A stretch of DNA of 44,089 nucleotides from Verrucomicrobiota bacterium (GCA_039798785.1 JBDKFG010000040.1:1-44089), one strand, 5' to 3'. Positions 19,271 through 29,100 are shown, counted from the stretch's first letter. Program-made: numbers and translations. Notes: generated by a model from the letters alone, not told the origin.

Positions 19271-19394
19271 GAACCGCAGAAGACGCAGAAAGAGTGAGCG
19301 GCAGAGCCGGAGACCGCTCACCTTTCTACTTTTGTGCTCCTAGTGCCTTTTGTGGCCATCTTACGCCTTTCGCCCCTTCGATTCTTCGCGTGAG
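19271..19394. repeat. Cluster of degenerate ~9-nt-period repeat arms
   Basis: GAACCGCAGAAGACGCAGAAAGAG on +; GGCCACAAAAGGCACTAGGAGCACAAAA and CTCACGCGAAGAATCGAAGGGGCGAAAG on -. Confidence 0.5.
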
Positions 19395-19576
19395 ATGGGC
19401 CACGGGAATTTTCCTTGTCGCAGAAAAAACAGGCATCTTGCCTGAGTTCCTGCCTCATTTTGAGCGAGATCTAAAGTTTACAACGAAGTTCCCAAGGAAT
19501 ATTTTAAGGCAACTCAAGGCGATTTTTTCGAAATGCCTGATATTCCCCTGCAAGAAGCCCCCAAGGAGAGGTCGAC

Positions 19577-20632
19577 ATGTCAAACACAGTGGGAATCGGC
19601 ATCGTCGGTGCCGGGATGATTTCGGAATTTCACGCCGTCGCCTTGCGTGCGGTGACGGGTGCCAAGCTGAGCGCGATCTACGCCCGCGACGCCGCCAAGG
19701 GGGCCGAGTTCGCGGCGAAGCACGGCTGCGCCGCCTATTCGGATTACGAGGCCTTCCTCGCCCATCCGGGGCTGGCGGCGGTGAGCATCTGCACGCCGAG
19801 CGGCGCCCACCTTGAGCCGGCCATGACGGCGATGGCCGCGGGCAAGCATGTGATCTGCGAGAAGCCTTTGGAAGTGACTCCGGCGCGGGTCGACGCGATG
19901 ATCGCGGCGGCGGCCAAAAACCGCGTCCTGCTATCGGGCATCTTCCAGCGCCGCTTCAATCCCAGCACTGCGGTGCTCAAGGAGGCTCTCGACGCCGGCC
20001 GCTTCGGCCGAATCGCCCTTGCCGAGGCCAGCATCAAGTGGTGGCGCACCCAGGAGTACTACGACTCCGGCAAATGGCGCGGCACCTGGGCCCTCGACGG
20101 CGGCGGCGCCCTGATGAACCAGGGAATCCACACCATCGACCTGCTGCTGCACCTGATGGGCCCGGTGAAGCGCCTCAGCGCCAGCGTCGGGCTGATCGCC
20201 CATGAGCGCATCGAAGTCGAGGACAGCGCCGTCGCCATCCTCGAATTCGCCAGCGGCGCCAAGGGCGTGGTCCAGGCCACCACCGCCTGCTGGAGCAAGA
20301 AGGGGCATCCCGCGGAGATCCAGATCGGCGGCGACGCGGGCAGCGTCATCATGACCGACGACAAGTTCCGCCACTGGGAATTCCGCGACGAGACCGCCGC
20401 GGACGAAGGCATCCGCCAGCGCTTCGGCCTGAACAGCACCAGCGCCGGCGTCGGCGCCGCCGACCCGAAGGCGATCGACGCCTCCTGGCACGCCCGCAAC
20501 CTGCAGGACTTCTGCGACGCCATCCGCCTCGGCCAGCCGCCCTTCGTCGACGGCCACGAAGGCCGCCGCGCCGTCGAGCTCATCGACGCCATCTACCGCT
20601 CGGCTAAAAGCGGGCAGGCCGTGGAACTGTGA
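19577..20632 (+). CDS. Gfo/Idh/MocA family oxidoreductase
   Basis: GIVGAGMI, ICTPSGAH, CEKPL, GGGALMNQGIHTID; AAGGAG RBS. Confidence 0.92.
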   Translation: MSNTVGIGIVGAGMISEFHAVALRAVTGAKLSAIYARDAAKGAEFAAKHGCAAYSDYEAFLAHPGLAAVSICTPSGAHLEPAMTAMAAGKHVICEKPLEVTPARVDAMIAAAAKNRVLLSGIFQRRFNPSTAVLKEALDAGRFGRIALAEASIKWWRTQEYYDSGKWRGTWALDGGGALMNQGIHTIDLLLHLMGPVKRLSASVGLIAHERIEVEDSAVAILEFASGAKGVVQATTACWSKKGHPAEIQIGGDAGSVIMTDDKFRHWEFRDETAADEGIRQRFGLNSTSAGVGAADPKAIDASWHARNLQDFCDAIRLGQPPFVDGHEGRRAVELIDAIYRSAKSGQAVEL

Positions 20633-20634
20633 TG

Positions 20635-20661
20635 CACCACAGAGACACAAAGAGCACAGAG
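20635..20661 (+). repeat. Solo 9-nt-period repeat arm
   Basis: CACCACAGAGACACAAAGAGCACAGAG right after the Gfo stop; same layout as the GxxExxY-flanking arms. Confidence 0.6.
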
Positions 20662-20693
20662 ATTTTTTAAGCAGCAACCAAGGAAACACCTCA

Positions 20694-21509
20694 ATGAAGC
20701 AAACCGCACTTGTCACCGGCGCCGCGGGCGTCCTCTGCTCCGCCCTGGTCGAGGCACTGCTCGAGGAAGGTCATCGCGTCGCCCTCCTCGGCCGCACCGA
20801 AAGCAAGCTCGTCGAACTGCAGAAGAGCCTCGCTGCGAAAGGTCTGACCGAGACCCTCGTGGTCGCGGCGGATGTCCTCGACCGCGCCTCTTTGGAAGCG
20901 GCCCGCGCCAAGATCGAAGCGAGCTTCGGTCCGGTCGACATCCTGGTCAACGGCGCCGGCGGCAACAGCCCGAAGGCGACCGCCCAGGCCGAGACCTACA
21001 CCGCGGAAACCGCAAAAGAGAAGAGTTTCTTCGGCGTCGATCTCACCGCCTACGGCGAGGTCTTCGATCTCAACCTCAAGGGCACCCTCCTGCCCTGCCA
21101 GGTCTTCGGCGACGGCATGGCCGAGCGCGGCCGCGGCAGCATCGTCAACCTCAGCTCGATGAGCGCCGATCGTCCCTTGACCAAGGTCGTCGCCTACTCC
21201 AACGCCAAGGCGGCGGTGGACTCCTTCACCCAGTGGCTGGCGGTCCACCTCGCTCCCCGCGGCGTGCGGGTCAACGCCATCGCCCCCGGCTTCTTCCTCA
21301 CCGAGCAGAACCGCTTCCTCCTCACCACCGCGGAAGGTGGACTGACCGCCCGCGGCGACAAGATCCTGCGCAACACCCCCTTCTCCCGCTTCGGCGAAGC
21401 CAAGGAGCTCAAGACCTCCCTGAAGTTCCTGGTCCACCCCGATTCCAGCTTCGTCAGCGGCATAATCCTCCCCGTCGACGGCGGCTTCTCGGCCTACGCC
21501 GGGGTGTGA
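20694..21509 (+). CDS. uxuB: SDR-type D-mannonate oxidoreductase (fructuronate reductase)
   Basis: TGAAGVL, NGAGGNSPKAT, PLTKVVAYSNAKAA, QWLAVH, APGFFLTEQNR, LPVDGGFSAYAGV are typical of the SDR mannonate oxidoreductase subfamily. Confidence 0.82.
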   Translation: MKQTALVTGAAGVLCSALVEALLEEGHRVALLGRTESKLVELQKSLAAKGLTETLVVAADVLDRASLEAARAKIEASFGPVDILVNGAGGNSPKATAQAETYTAETAKEKSFFGVDLTAYGEVFDLNLKGTLLPCQVFGDGMAERGRGSIVNLSSMSADRPLTKVVAYSNAKAAVDSFTQWLAVHLAPRGVRVNAIAPGFFLTEQNRFLLTTAEGGLTARGDKILRNTPFSRFGEAKELKTSLKFLVHPDSSFVSGIILPVDGGFSAYAGV

Positions 21510-21531
21510 ATCGAGGAAGGAGGAAGAGCAA

Positions 21532-21621
21532 ATTCACCACGAAGACACGAAGGGCACGAAGAGGAAGAGCCTGGCTTGAATGGCCTGAAAAGTGGAGTTC
21601 ATCTTCATGTCTTCTCGATGA
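21532..21621. repeat. Left flanking repeat/hairpin of the GxxExxY cassette
   Basis: ATTCACCACGAAGACACGAAGGGCACGAAG (21532-21561) plus a degenerate inverted arm at 21603-21621. Confidence 0.75.
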
Positions 21622-21649
21622 GGCTTATTTCCTAAAAAAGGAGCCATTG

Positions 21650-22038
21650 ATGCAATCACAAGGTAAGCACGAATTCGAGGACTTGTCCCACAAGGTCATC
21701 GGCTGCGCATTGGAAGTTCATCGCTTTCTCGGTCCCGGACTCCTCGAGTCCACCTACGAAAAATGCCTATCGAAGGAGCTGGAGCTGCAAGGAATTGACC
21801 ATCAATGCCAAGTTCCCATGCCGGTTGAATACAAAGGCCTGGTCTTGGAATGTGGTTATCGCCTGGACATCTTGGCCGAAAACCGCTTGATCTTGGAGCT
21901 CAAGTCAGTGGACAAAATCGACCCCATCCACAAGGCCCAATTGATGACCTATTTGAAATTGGCCAAGATAAAACCGGGCTATTGATCAACTTCAACGTGC
22001 CCATCCTGCGCGACGGCATTCATCGCATTATCATGTGA
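21650..22038 (+). pseudogene. GxxExxY protein (PD-(D/E)xK nuclease fold) with a 1-nt frameshift near 21970
   Basis: LGPGLLESTY (GxxExxY), RLDILAENRLILELKSV, HKAQLMTYLK. The family C-terminus GLLINFN continues in another frame to TGA 22038. AAGGAG RBS before ATG 21650. Confidence 0.88.
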
Positions 22039-22062
22039 CTTGATAGTCGAATGATTAACAAT

Positions 22063-22174
22063 TTCACCACGAAGACACGAAGGACACAAATGGAAAACAT
22101 ATTCATGAAAATTCGCCCCCAATTTCTTTATGCATTTCGTTGTTCTTCGTGCTCTTCGTGTCTTCGTGCTGAAT
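22063..22174. repeat. Right flanking repeat/hairpin of the GxxExxY cassette
   Basis: TTCACCACGAAGACACGAAGG (22063-22083) is identical to 21533-21553; inverted arm CTTCGTGCTCTTCGTGTCTTCGTGCTGAAT at 22145-22174. Confidence 0.8.
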
Positions 22175-22205
22175 CCTTGTTGTCGTTAATCCCAGGAGCT
22201 AATTC

Positions 22206-22691
22206 ATGACCTACATCATCATGGGTGTTTGCGGCTGCGGCAAATCGACCGTCGGCGAGGCCTTGGCCAAGGCGCTGGGGCTGCCCTTTCATGACGCCGA
22301 CCCCTTCCATCCCGCCGCCAACGTCGCCAAGATGAAGGCAGGGATTCCGCTCAACGACGAGGACCGCCAACCTTGGCTGGAGAATCTCGCGGCGCACATC
22401 CGCCAGTGGAACACGCAAGGCGGCGCCGTCCTCGCCTGTTCCGCGCTGAAGGAGAAATACCGCGACATCCTCCGCTCTGGCGGTGCGGTGCGCTTCATCC
22501 TCGTCCACGGCCCGAAGGAGTTGCTCGCGGCCCGCCTCGCCGGACGCAGCGGCCACTTCATGAATCCCGCCTTGCTGGATTCCCAGCTGGCCACCCTCGA
22601 AATTCCGTTCGACGCCCTTCATGTCGACCTCGCCCTCGACACCTCCGCCCAGGTGCAGTCCATACTCAACCAGATCCAGGAGAAACGCTGA
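22206..22691 (+). CDS. gntK: Gluconokinase (GntK/IdnK type)
   Basis: MGVCGCGKST, DADPFHPAANVAKM, PLNDEDRQPWL, ACSALK, HFMNPALLDSQLATLE. Confidence 0.93.
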   Translation: MTYIIMGVCGCGKSTVGEALAKALGLPFHDADPFHPAANVAKMKAGIPLNDEDRQPWLENLAAHIRQWNTQGGAVLACSALKEKYRDILRSGGAVRFILVHGPKELLAARLAGRSGHFMNPALLDSQLATLEIPFDALHVDLALDTSAQVQSILNQIQEKR

Positions 22692-24061
22692 TGTCACAAG
22701 AGAACACCGCATCCGGCCCTTGGTGGCGCGGCCTGACCCGCTATCAGCTCTTTGCCTTCGCCATCGCCAGCTCCGCCTGGTTCTTCGACTGCTTCGACCA
22801 GCAGATCTTCAACCTGACCCGTGGCGACGCGATGAAAGCCCTGGCGCCGCTCAGCGGCCTGGACCCGAAAGTGGCCGGCGGCTATGCCCAAAGCTGCTTC
22901 CTCATCGGCTGGGGCATCGGCGGCATCTATTTCGGCGCCCTCGGCGACCGCCTCGGCCGCGCCCGGATTCTGACCTTGTGCATCTTCCTCTACGCCGCCT
23001 TCACCGGCCTCTCCGCCTTCTCCACCGGGGTCTGGGACTTCTGCGCCTACCGCGTCCTCACCGGCATCGGCGTCGGCGGCGTCTTCGGTCTTGCCGTCGC
23101 CTTGGTTTCTGACGTCATCGAAGGCGACAAACGACCGAAGGCCCTGGGCACCTTCCAAGCACTTTCGACCATCGGCAACATCGGCGCCGGCGCCATGGCC
23201 CTAGGTGCAGCCGCCTTGGTCACGGCTGGCACCCTCCAGCCGGAATGGAGCTGGAAGGCGCTCTTTCTGGTCGGAGCCATCCCGGCCTTGATCACCGGCT
23301 TCATCGCCTTGAAATTACGCGAGCCGCAGAAATGGATCGAGGCCCGCGCCGCCGGCAAAGAGAAGGGGGAAAAGGCCGGCTCCTACCTCGTCCTCCTCGG
23401 CGACAGCACCCAGCGCAAAAACGCCCTACTCGGCCTGATCCTCTGCTCCGCCGGTATCATCGGCCTGTGGGGCCTGGGCAACTTCCAGCCGGAAGTCGTC
23501 ACCGGCCTCTTGAAGGAGAAATACAGCGCCGATGGCCTGCTCGGCAAGGACCTCGAGGGTGCCATCGCCCGCGACCGCGCCTTCGCTTTCATGGCTCAGA
23601 ACCTCGGCGGCTTCTTCGGCATGCTCGCCCTCGCCAAGCTGGCCCAGGTCTGGGGACGCCGCCCCGCCTTCGCCCTCGGCTTCATCTCCGCCACACTCGC
23701 CACCATGCTGATGTTCAAAGCCATGACCAGCTACGACAAGATTTGGTGGATCATCCCCTTGATGGGCGCCGCCCAATACTCGCTGTTCGCCGGCTACGCC
23801 ATCTATCTTCCCGAACTCTTCCCTTCATCGCAGCGCGCCACAGGGGTCAGCTTCTGCTACAACATCGGCCGCTTCGTCGCCGCCACCGCGCCGGTCACTC
23901 TCGGCGCCTGGACTGCCTACCTCAGCAAGAACGCCGCCACCGAAGCCGAAAAACTCAACGCTTTCCGTGACGCCGGCTTCTGGATGAGCCTGATCCTCCT
24001 CACCGGTCTACTGGTCCTGCCCTTCCTTCCTGAAACCAAGGGCAAGCCCTTGCCGGAATAA
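22691..24061 (+). CDS. MFS transporter (probable sugar acid/organic acid)
   Basis: Many hydrophobic helices, GALGDRLGR motif A, PELFP...RATG, PETKG; ATG overlaps the gntK stop. Confidence 0.9.
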   Translation: MSQENTASGPWWRGLTRYQLFAFAIASSAWFFDCFDQQIFNLTRGDAMKALAPLSGLDPKVAGGYAQSCFLIGWGIGGIYFGALGDRLGRARILTLCIFLYAAFTGLSAFSTGVWDFCAYRVLTGIGVGGVFGLAVALVSDVIEGDKRPKALGTFQALSTIGNIGAGAMALGAAALVTAGTLQPEWSWKALFLVGAIPALITGFIALKLREPQKWIEARAAGKEKGEKAGSYLVLLGDSTQRKNALLGLILCSAGIIGLWGLGNFQPEVVTGLLKEKYSADGLLGKDLEGAIARDRAFAFMAQNLGGFFGMLALAKLAQVWGRRPAFALGFISATLATMLMFKAMTSYDKIWWIIPLMGAAQYSLFAGYAIYLPELFPSSQRATGVSFCYNIGRFVAATAPVTLGAWTAYLSKNAATEAEKLNAFRDAGFWMSLILLTGLLVLPFLPETKGKPLPE

Positions 24062-24089
24062 ACTCTTTCAGCAGCTCAGCAGCATTTCA

Positions 24090-24126
24090 GAAGATCGGTG
24101 CGATCAGTCGGATCGGACCGATCTTC
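24090..24126. repeat. Intergenic hairpin with GATC every 9 nt
   Basis: GAAGATCGGTGCGATC-AGTCG-GATCGGACCGATCTTC: 16-bp stem with one mismatch. Confidence 0.65.
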
Positions 24127-24164
24127 AAGCACAATCACACGCCCAAGCCACCACGAGGTCCTCC

Positions 24165-25451
24165 ATGCCCACACTCATCTCCGACGGTTCTCCCACCCGC
24201 TCGATCAGCGACGCCGAGCTCGAAGCCCACGTCGCCGCCTACCTGGACAAGCTCGGCCCGGCCAAGCGCATCCTCATCCTGCCGCCCGACCACACCCGCG
24301 GCAACTCCCGCGCCGGCCAGATCACCCAGATCATCTGGAAATTGCGCTCCTCGCAAGCCGACATCTGGATCATGCCGGCGCTCGGCACCCATGTGCCGAT
24401 GAACGAAGGCGAACTGCGCTGGTTCTTCGGACCCGACATCCCGCTCGAGCGCTTCCTGCCGCACCGCTGGCGCACCGACCTGGTCGAGCTCGGCTCGATC
24501 CCGCAAAGCGAAATGGAGATCATCTCGGACGGCCTGATCAAGCAGGAGATGAAGGTCGCGGTCAACAAGGAGCTCTACGCCGGCTACGACCTGATCCTCT
24601 CGGTCGGCCAGGTCGTCCCGCACGAAGTCGTCGGCCTCGCCAACTACACCAAAAACATCCTCATCGGCGTCGGCGGCGCCGGCACCATCCACGTCAGCCA
24701 CTTCCTCGGCGCCGCCTGGGGCATGGAGCGGATGATGGGGCGCCTCGACACCCCGGTGCGCAAGGCTCTCAACACCGGCTACGACCGCTTCATCCGTGGC
24801 AAGCTGCCGATCCACTTCCTCCTCACCGTGGTCAGCAAAGACAAGGCAGACGGCCAGCTCAAACTCCGCGGCCTCTACTGCGGCGACGACGACGCCACCT
24901 TCGAGCAGGCCGGCCGCCTGTCGCAACGGGTCAACCTCGACCTTCTCGACAAGCCGATCCAGAAGGCCGTGGTCTTCCTCGATCCGCACGAGTTCAAGAC
25001 CACCTGGCTCGGCAACAAGAGCGTCTACCGCACCCGGATGGCGATGGCCACCGGCGGCGAGCTGCTCGTCCTCGCCCCTGCCCTGCACATGTTCGGCGAA
25101 GACCCCGAGATCGACAAGCTGATCCGCCGCCACGGCTACCGCGGCACGCCCGCCACCCTGAAAGCGGTCGAATCCGACCCCGAGATGGCGAGGAACCTCA
25201 GCGCCGCCGCCCACCTCATCCACGGCTCAAGTGAAGGCCGCTTCAAGATCACCTACGCATGCGGTCCCGACATCACCCGCGAGGAGGTCGAAGGCGTCGG
25301 CTTCGGCTGGCAGAGTTATGCCGAGACGATCAAACGCTACAATCCCGACACACTGGCCGACGGCTGGAACACCCTGCCCGACGGCGAGGAGATCTTCTAC
25401 GTCTCCAACCCCGCCCTCGGGCTGTGGGCGCCGAAAGCGGCCTTCGAGTGA
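24165..25451 (+). CDS. LarA (lactate racemase) family protein, probable sugar-acid 2-epimerase
   Basis: PPDHTR, ALGTH, VVPHEVVG...K and HVSH fit the LarA Asp-x-Thr-Arg/His/His/Lys pattern; operon context. Confidence 0.78.
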   Translation: MPTLISDGSPTRSISDAELEAHVAAYLDKLGPAKRILILPPDHTRGNSRAGQITQIIWKLRSSQADIWIMPALGTHVPMNEGELRWFFGPDIPLERFLPHRWRTDLVELGSIPQSEMEIISDGLIKQEMKVAVNKELYAGYDLILSVGQVVPHEVVGLANYTKNILIGVGGAGTIHVSHFLGAAWGMERMMGRLDTPVRKALNTGYDRFIRGKLPIHFLLTVVSKDKADGQLKLRGLYCGDDDATFEQAGRLSQRVNLDLLDKPIQKAVVFLDPHEFKTTWLGNKSVYRTRMAMATGGELLVLAPALHMFGEDPEIDKLIRRHGYRGTPATLKAVESDPEMARNLSAAAHLIHGSSEGRFKITYACGPDITREEVEGVGFGWQSYAETIKRYNPDTLADGWNTLPDGEEIFYVSNPALGLWAPKAAFE

Positions 25452-25621
25452 GCTCAGAGGATTGGCTGCTCCAGGAGCGGGACAGCCACTCTGCGCAGCA
25501 AGGCATGCACTTGCCTTAGCAAGGCCTGGCGCCAGCGGGGAAGATACCTGATCCAGATGGCGGCAAATTCGAAATGGTGACTCGCGCGGCTCCGAGCATG
25601 AGATTGCTGAGCTCCTAATGG

Positions 25622-25792
25622 CACCGTCTTGACTTTGAGTCCTTTCAGCCACTCGACCATCCGCTTCAAGTCGCAGGTGAAGAAGCCGAAGTTCTTGACG
25701 ACTTGCTCGCTATTTTCGATGGCGCAGACATAGATCTCGGTGATGCCGATGTCGATCCCCGAGGCAAAGAGGTTGTGGCTGGTGACGGGCAT
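25622..25792 (-). mobile_element. IS110-family transposase N-terminal remnant
   Basis: ASGIDIGITEIYVC...VKNFGFFTCDLKRMVEWLKGLKVKTV resembles the IS110 DEDD N-terminus; similarity ends just before the expected AMESTG. Confidence 0.72.
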
Positions 25793-26180
25793 GGTGCCCC
25801 GCGGCTTTTTCTCGACCTGTCGAACGGCGGGAATCCATGTTCGTACCGGCGGCGGCGCGGTGTCATCACCATAGCCACTTATCAACAGATTGGGTTCCCC
25901 CCTTGCCCCCCCCTAAAGCACTACTGCTTCTGAAGATCTCTGAAGACAAGCGGCAGGGAACCATAGGAATCCAGGATAAGTGTGCAAGGATCTGGATTTG
26001 CGCCCCGTGCTGGTTTAGTTTAGATTCTCTCAATTCAAGCCGACAGGAGTTCATGATTATGGTGTGGAAATACCACAACGAGACTCCAATCCAAATGAGT
26101 CTTATTGCCCAACGCACAAGGCTTTCATGCTGGCTAGAGATGAATTTCTTCCTTACTGTAATTCGCCACTGGACCCGTCC

Positions 26181-29100
26181 ATGAACAGCCTGCTTCTCTC
26201 CCTCCTTCTGGCGCAGTCTTCCCCTCCCGATTTAACTCCGGAGGAACTGCCAGCCCGCTATGGAGCTTTTTCCGCCCTGGAGAAGCGCCGGCTCCTGCCA
26301 CTCTGGGCCTCGCATGGCCCCGGTACAGCTGCAAGCCGCTACACTGCCCTACTCGAGCTTCTGGACCGTCCTGATCTTACAGAGGCTGATGTCGCACTCA
26401 TCGCCTTCGTAGCCACCCGCATCCAAAGTCCCGAAATGGCCCGGAAGCTGCCCGGACGCGCCAGCACGCCGGAACTCCGCCGACGCTACGCCCCGCTCTT
26501 CTCCGCCGCCCCCGGCCCCGAATCCTTCACCATCCTGCTCGAATTGAGCCTCGCCAAGCCGGAGGATGAAGAGCTCAGGAAACACCTCGCCGCCGCCCTC
26601 GACCGGAACTGTCTCGAGCAGGTGGAGAAACTCCTTCCCCTTCAGCCGGAATTGGCCTCGCCCCTCGCCCGCCAGCTCCTCGGCCTGGCCCCGGACGATC
26701 CTGCCGATCCCGCCGCCCTTGCCCTCCGGCTCGGGGTCTTGAAATCGCGACGCCCGCAAAGTCCCGAGAGCTTCCCGCAGGAGCTGGTCGAGCGGCTCGC
26801 CTCCGCCTACCGCCAGGCCGCCAAGCTGCCCGCGAAACAAGTTCTCGAAAATCCGCCGTCCGAGCTCTTCTCGGCGGAATTCCCGCCGCCCCTCCATCGC
26901 CGCGTCGCGCCCCTCGTCGCCTTTCCTGAAAACAGCCCGCTGCGCAGCCTCAACCTCGCCCGCTCCCTCGGCCTGTGCGCCGAAGCCTTCCAGCAGCACC
27001 ACGAGCTCCTGCCGCGCCTCTTCGCCGCCGATGCCCGGAGCCGCGCCGCCGCTTTCAATTCCCTCGTCGACAAGCCCGCGCCCCTGCTCTATCCGGCCCT
27101 GGCCGGGCTGCTCAGCGACCGGGATCCCGCCACCCGCTGCGCCGCCCTCGAAGCCCTCGATGCGCTGGCGGCAAGCCACCCCATCGAAAGTCTCGCGGCC
27201 AGCGGCTCGATAAAAGCGCAGATCGCCGCCGCTCTCACCGACCCTGATCCGGAAGTGATCATCGCCGCCCTCAAGCTCAGCGGCTCGCTCCAGCTCGTTG
27301 ATCTCCGCCCGCTGGTCGCCAGCCACTTGAGCTCCGCCAAGCCCGAAATCCTCAAGGCCGCCATTCAAGCCTACGCCCTGCTGAACGGCAGTCCCGAGGC
27401 CCTGCTGCCGCTTCTCTCGCAGCGCGACTGGAGCCTCCGCGCCCGCGCCATCCAAGCCCTGAGCACCTACGAAATGCCGAAGATCCCCGCCGATCAGATC
27501 TTGCAGGCGCTCGGCCGCGAAAGCGAAGAGATCAACCGAGTCGCCCTGCTCGAGCTCCTGACTCAGCTTGACCCCGATCAATCCCTCGCCCAACTCCGTG
27601 CCTTCTGCCACGACGAATCCCGGCCCCTCGCCCTCCGGCACCACGCCGCCGCCGCCCTCGCCAAACACCCGAAGGTCGAAGCGCTCGACCTCGCCAAGGC
27701 CCGCCCCCTCCTCGCCACCGCCAGCGCCGAAACCCGCCTCGCCTGGCTTGCCGCGGCCCTGAACAAAAAAGTCTACCAGAGCAGCGATCTCGAGCTTATC
27801 CTGCCTCCCGATATCTCTCCCCAAGGACTCCGCCAGCTCCTCGAACTGGCCAGCGTCAAGCTCATCGACGGCTTGGAGAAAAAACTCCAGCCTTCGATGG
27901 CAGCCTTCATGAGCGTCAAAACCCTCACCACAGTTTTCGATGCCTACTCCATCCCCGCCGAGCAACGAAGCGCCTACCTGCGCCATCATTTCGAATCCCT
28001 CGGAGAAACAAGTCCGGAAAAGCTTCTCGCCCTGGTGAAATTCCCCCGCCTCAAGGACGCGCCGGAAGATGACGCACTGGTGTCGACCTGGGGCTGCACC
28101 TTCGGTATTCCTAAGGAAGAAATCGACATCCTCTGCCGCGACTTGACGGTGCGGATCACGCCTTCCTGGCCCGCGCCTTCCCGGCTCGCCGTGAAGTTGA
28201 TTTGCGGCGAATCCATCCCCGCCGCCGAATGGCAGGACACCATTCGCAGCCTGCACAAGATCCCGGCCGCGAACGAGGCCCTCTTCATTCTGCTCGACCG
28301 CGCGCCGCGCGCCGTTCTCAAAAACGAGGTCGACCCGATCTTTCGCTCTCTCGATTTCGAAAACCCCGGCCTGGACAAATTCCTTGAACGCTTTGAATGG
28401 ACCTGCCTGGTCAGTGAGGAAGCGCAGACCGAGATTTTCCAGAGCCGCGAAATGTCGCTTCCGGCCCTGGGCAGGCTCAGCAAGCATTTCTCCCTCCCTC
28501 CCGATCGGGTGATCTGGGCGATCCAAGCCCAGCAGCAAATCGCCCTCAAGAAGCAAGGCCCCAGGATCCTGAATCTGGACGAGGTCACCGATGTCCTGAC
28601 CAGCCGGCTCGACTCCCTGAAGCTCTCCGCCGACAGCCTGAAATTCCTCGCTTCGCTCCCCTGCCCGAGATGGCCTGACTTCGAAGGATCGATCTCCGAG
28701 GAAAGCCAAGAGCTCATCCAGCGCCTGATCCTTTCCGGCGAGCTCCGCGGCGAAGGTGTCGCGCCTCTGCTTTCCTCCTGCCGGGCGGTGCCGAATCCGC
28801 GCTTCCTGAAGATCATGCTCGCTGCCGCCGAACGCGGCCACGAGGTCGAACTCCAGCTCAATCAGGAAGGGCTGGATTTCTGGCGCGAGGCCTTGGAAAG
28901 CTGTCCGAGCATCGACACCCGCGCCCTCTGTCTCGCCGTCATCGCCTTGCGTTACGCCCACACGGAGGAGGAAAATTCTCCGGCTCCCGAATTGCCACCG
29001 AAATTCCTGGCCATCCTGCGGCAAAGCGCCGCCACGGCTCCTCGCGACTCGATCTGCGCCTTCCTCGCCATCGCCAAGCGCAGCCCCGGCGCCCTGCCGG

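Noticed and set aside
21233..21649. Extended N-terminus of the GxxExxY ORF in the ORF track
   Set aside because: It overlaps uxuB and reads through the repeat; the RBS and ATG at 21650 fit the family length better.
21532..22174. CRISPR array interpretation of the CACGAAG repeats
   Set aside because: Only two direct copies about 530 bp apart plus inverted arms; no regular spacers and no cas genes.
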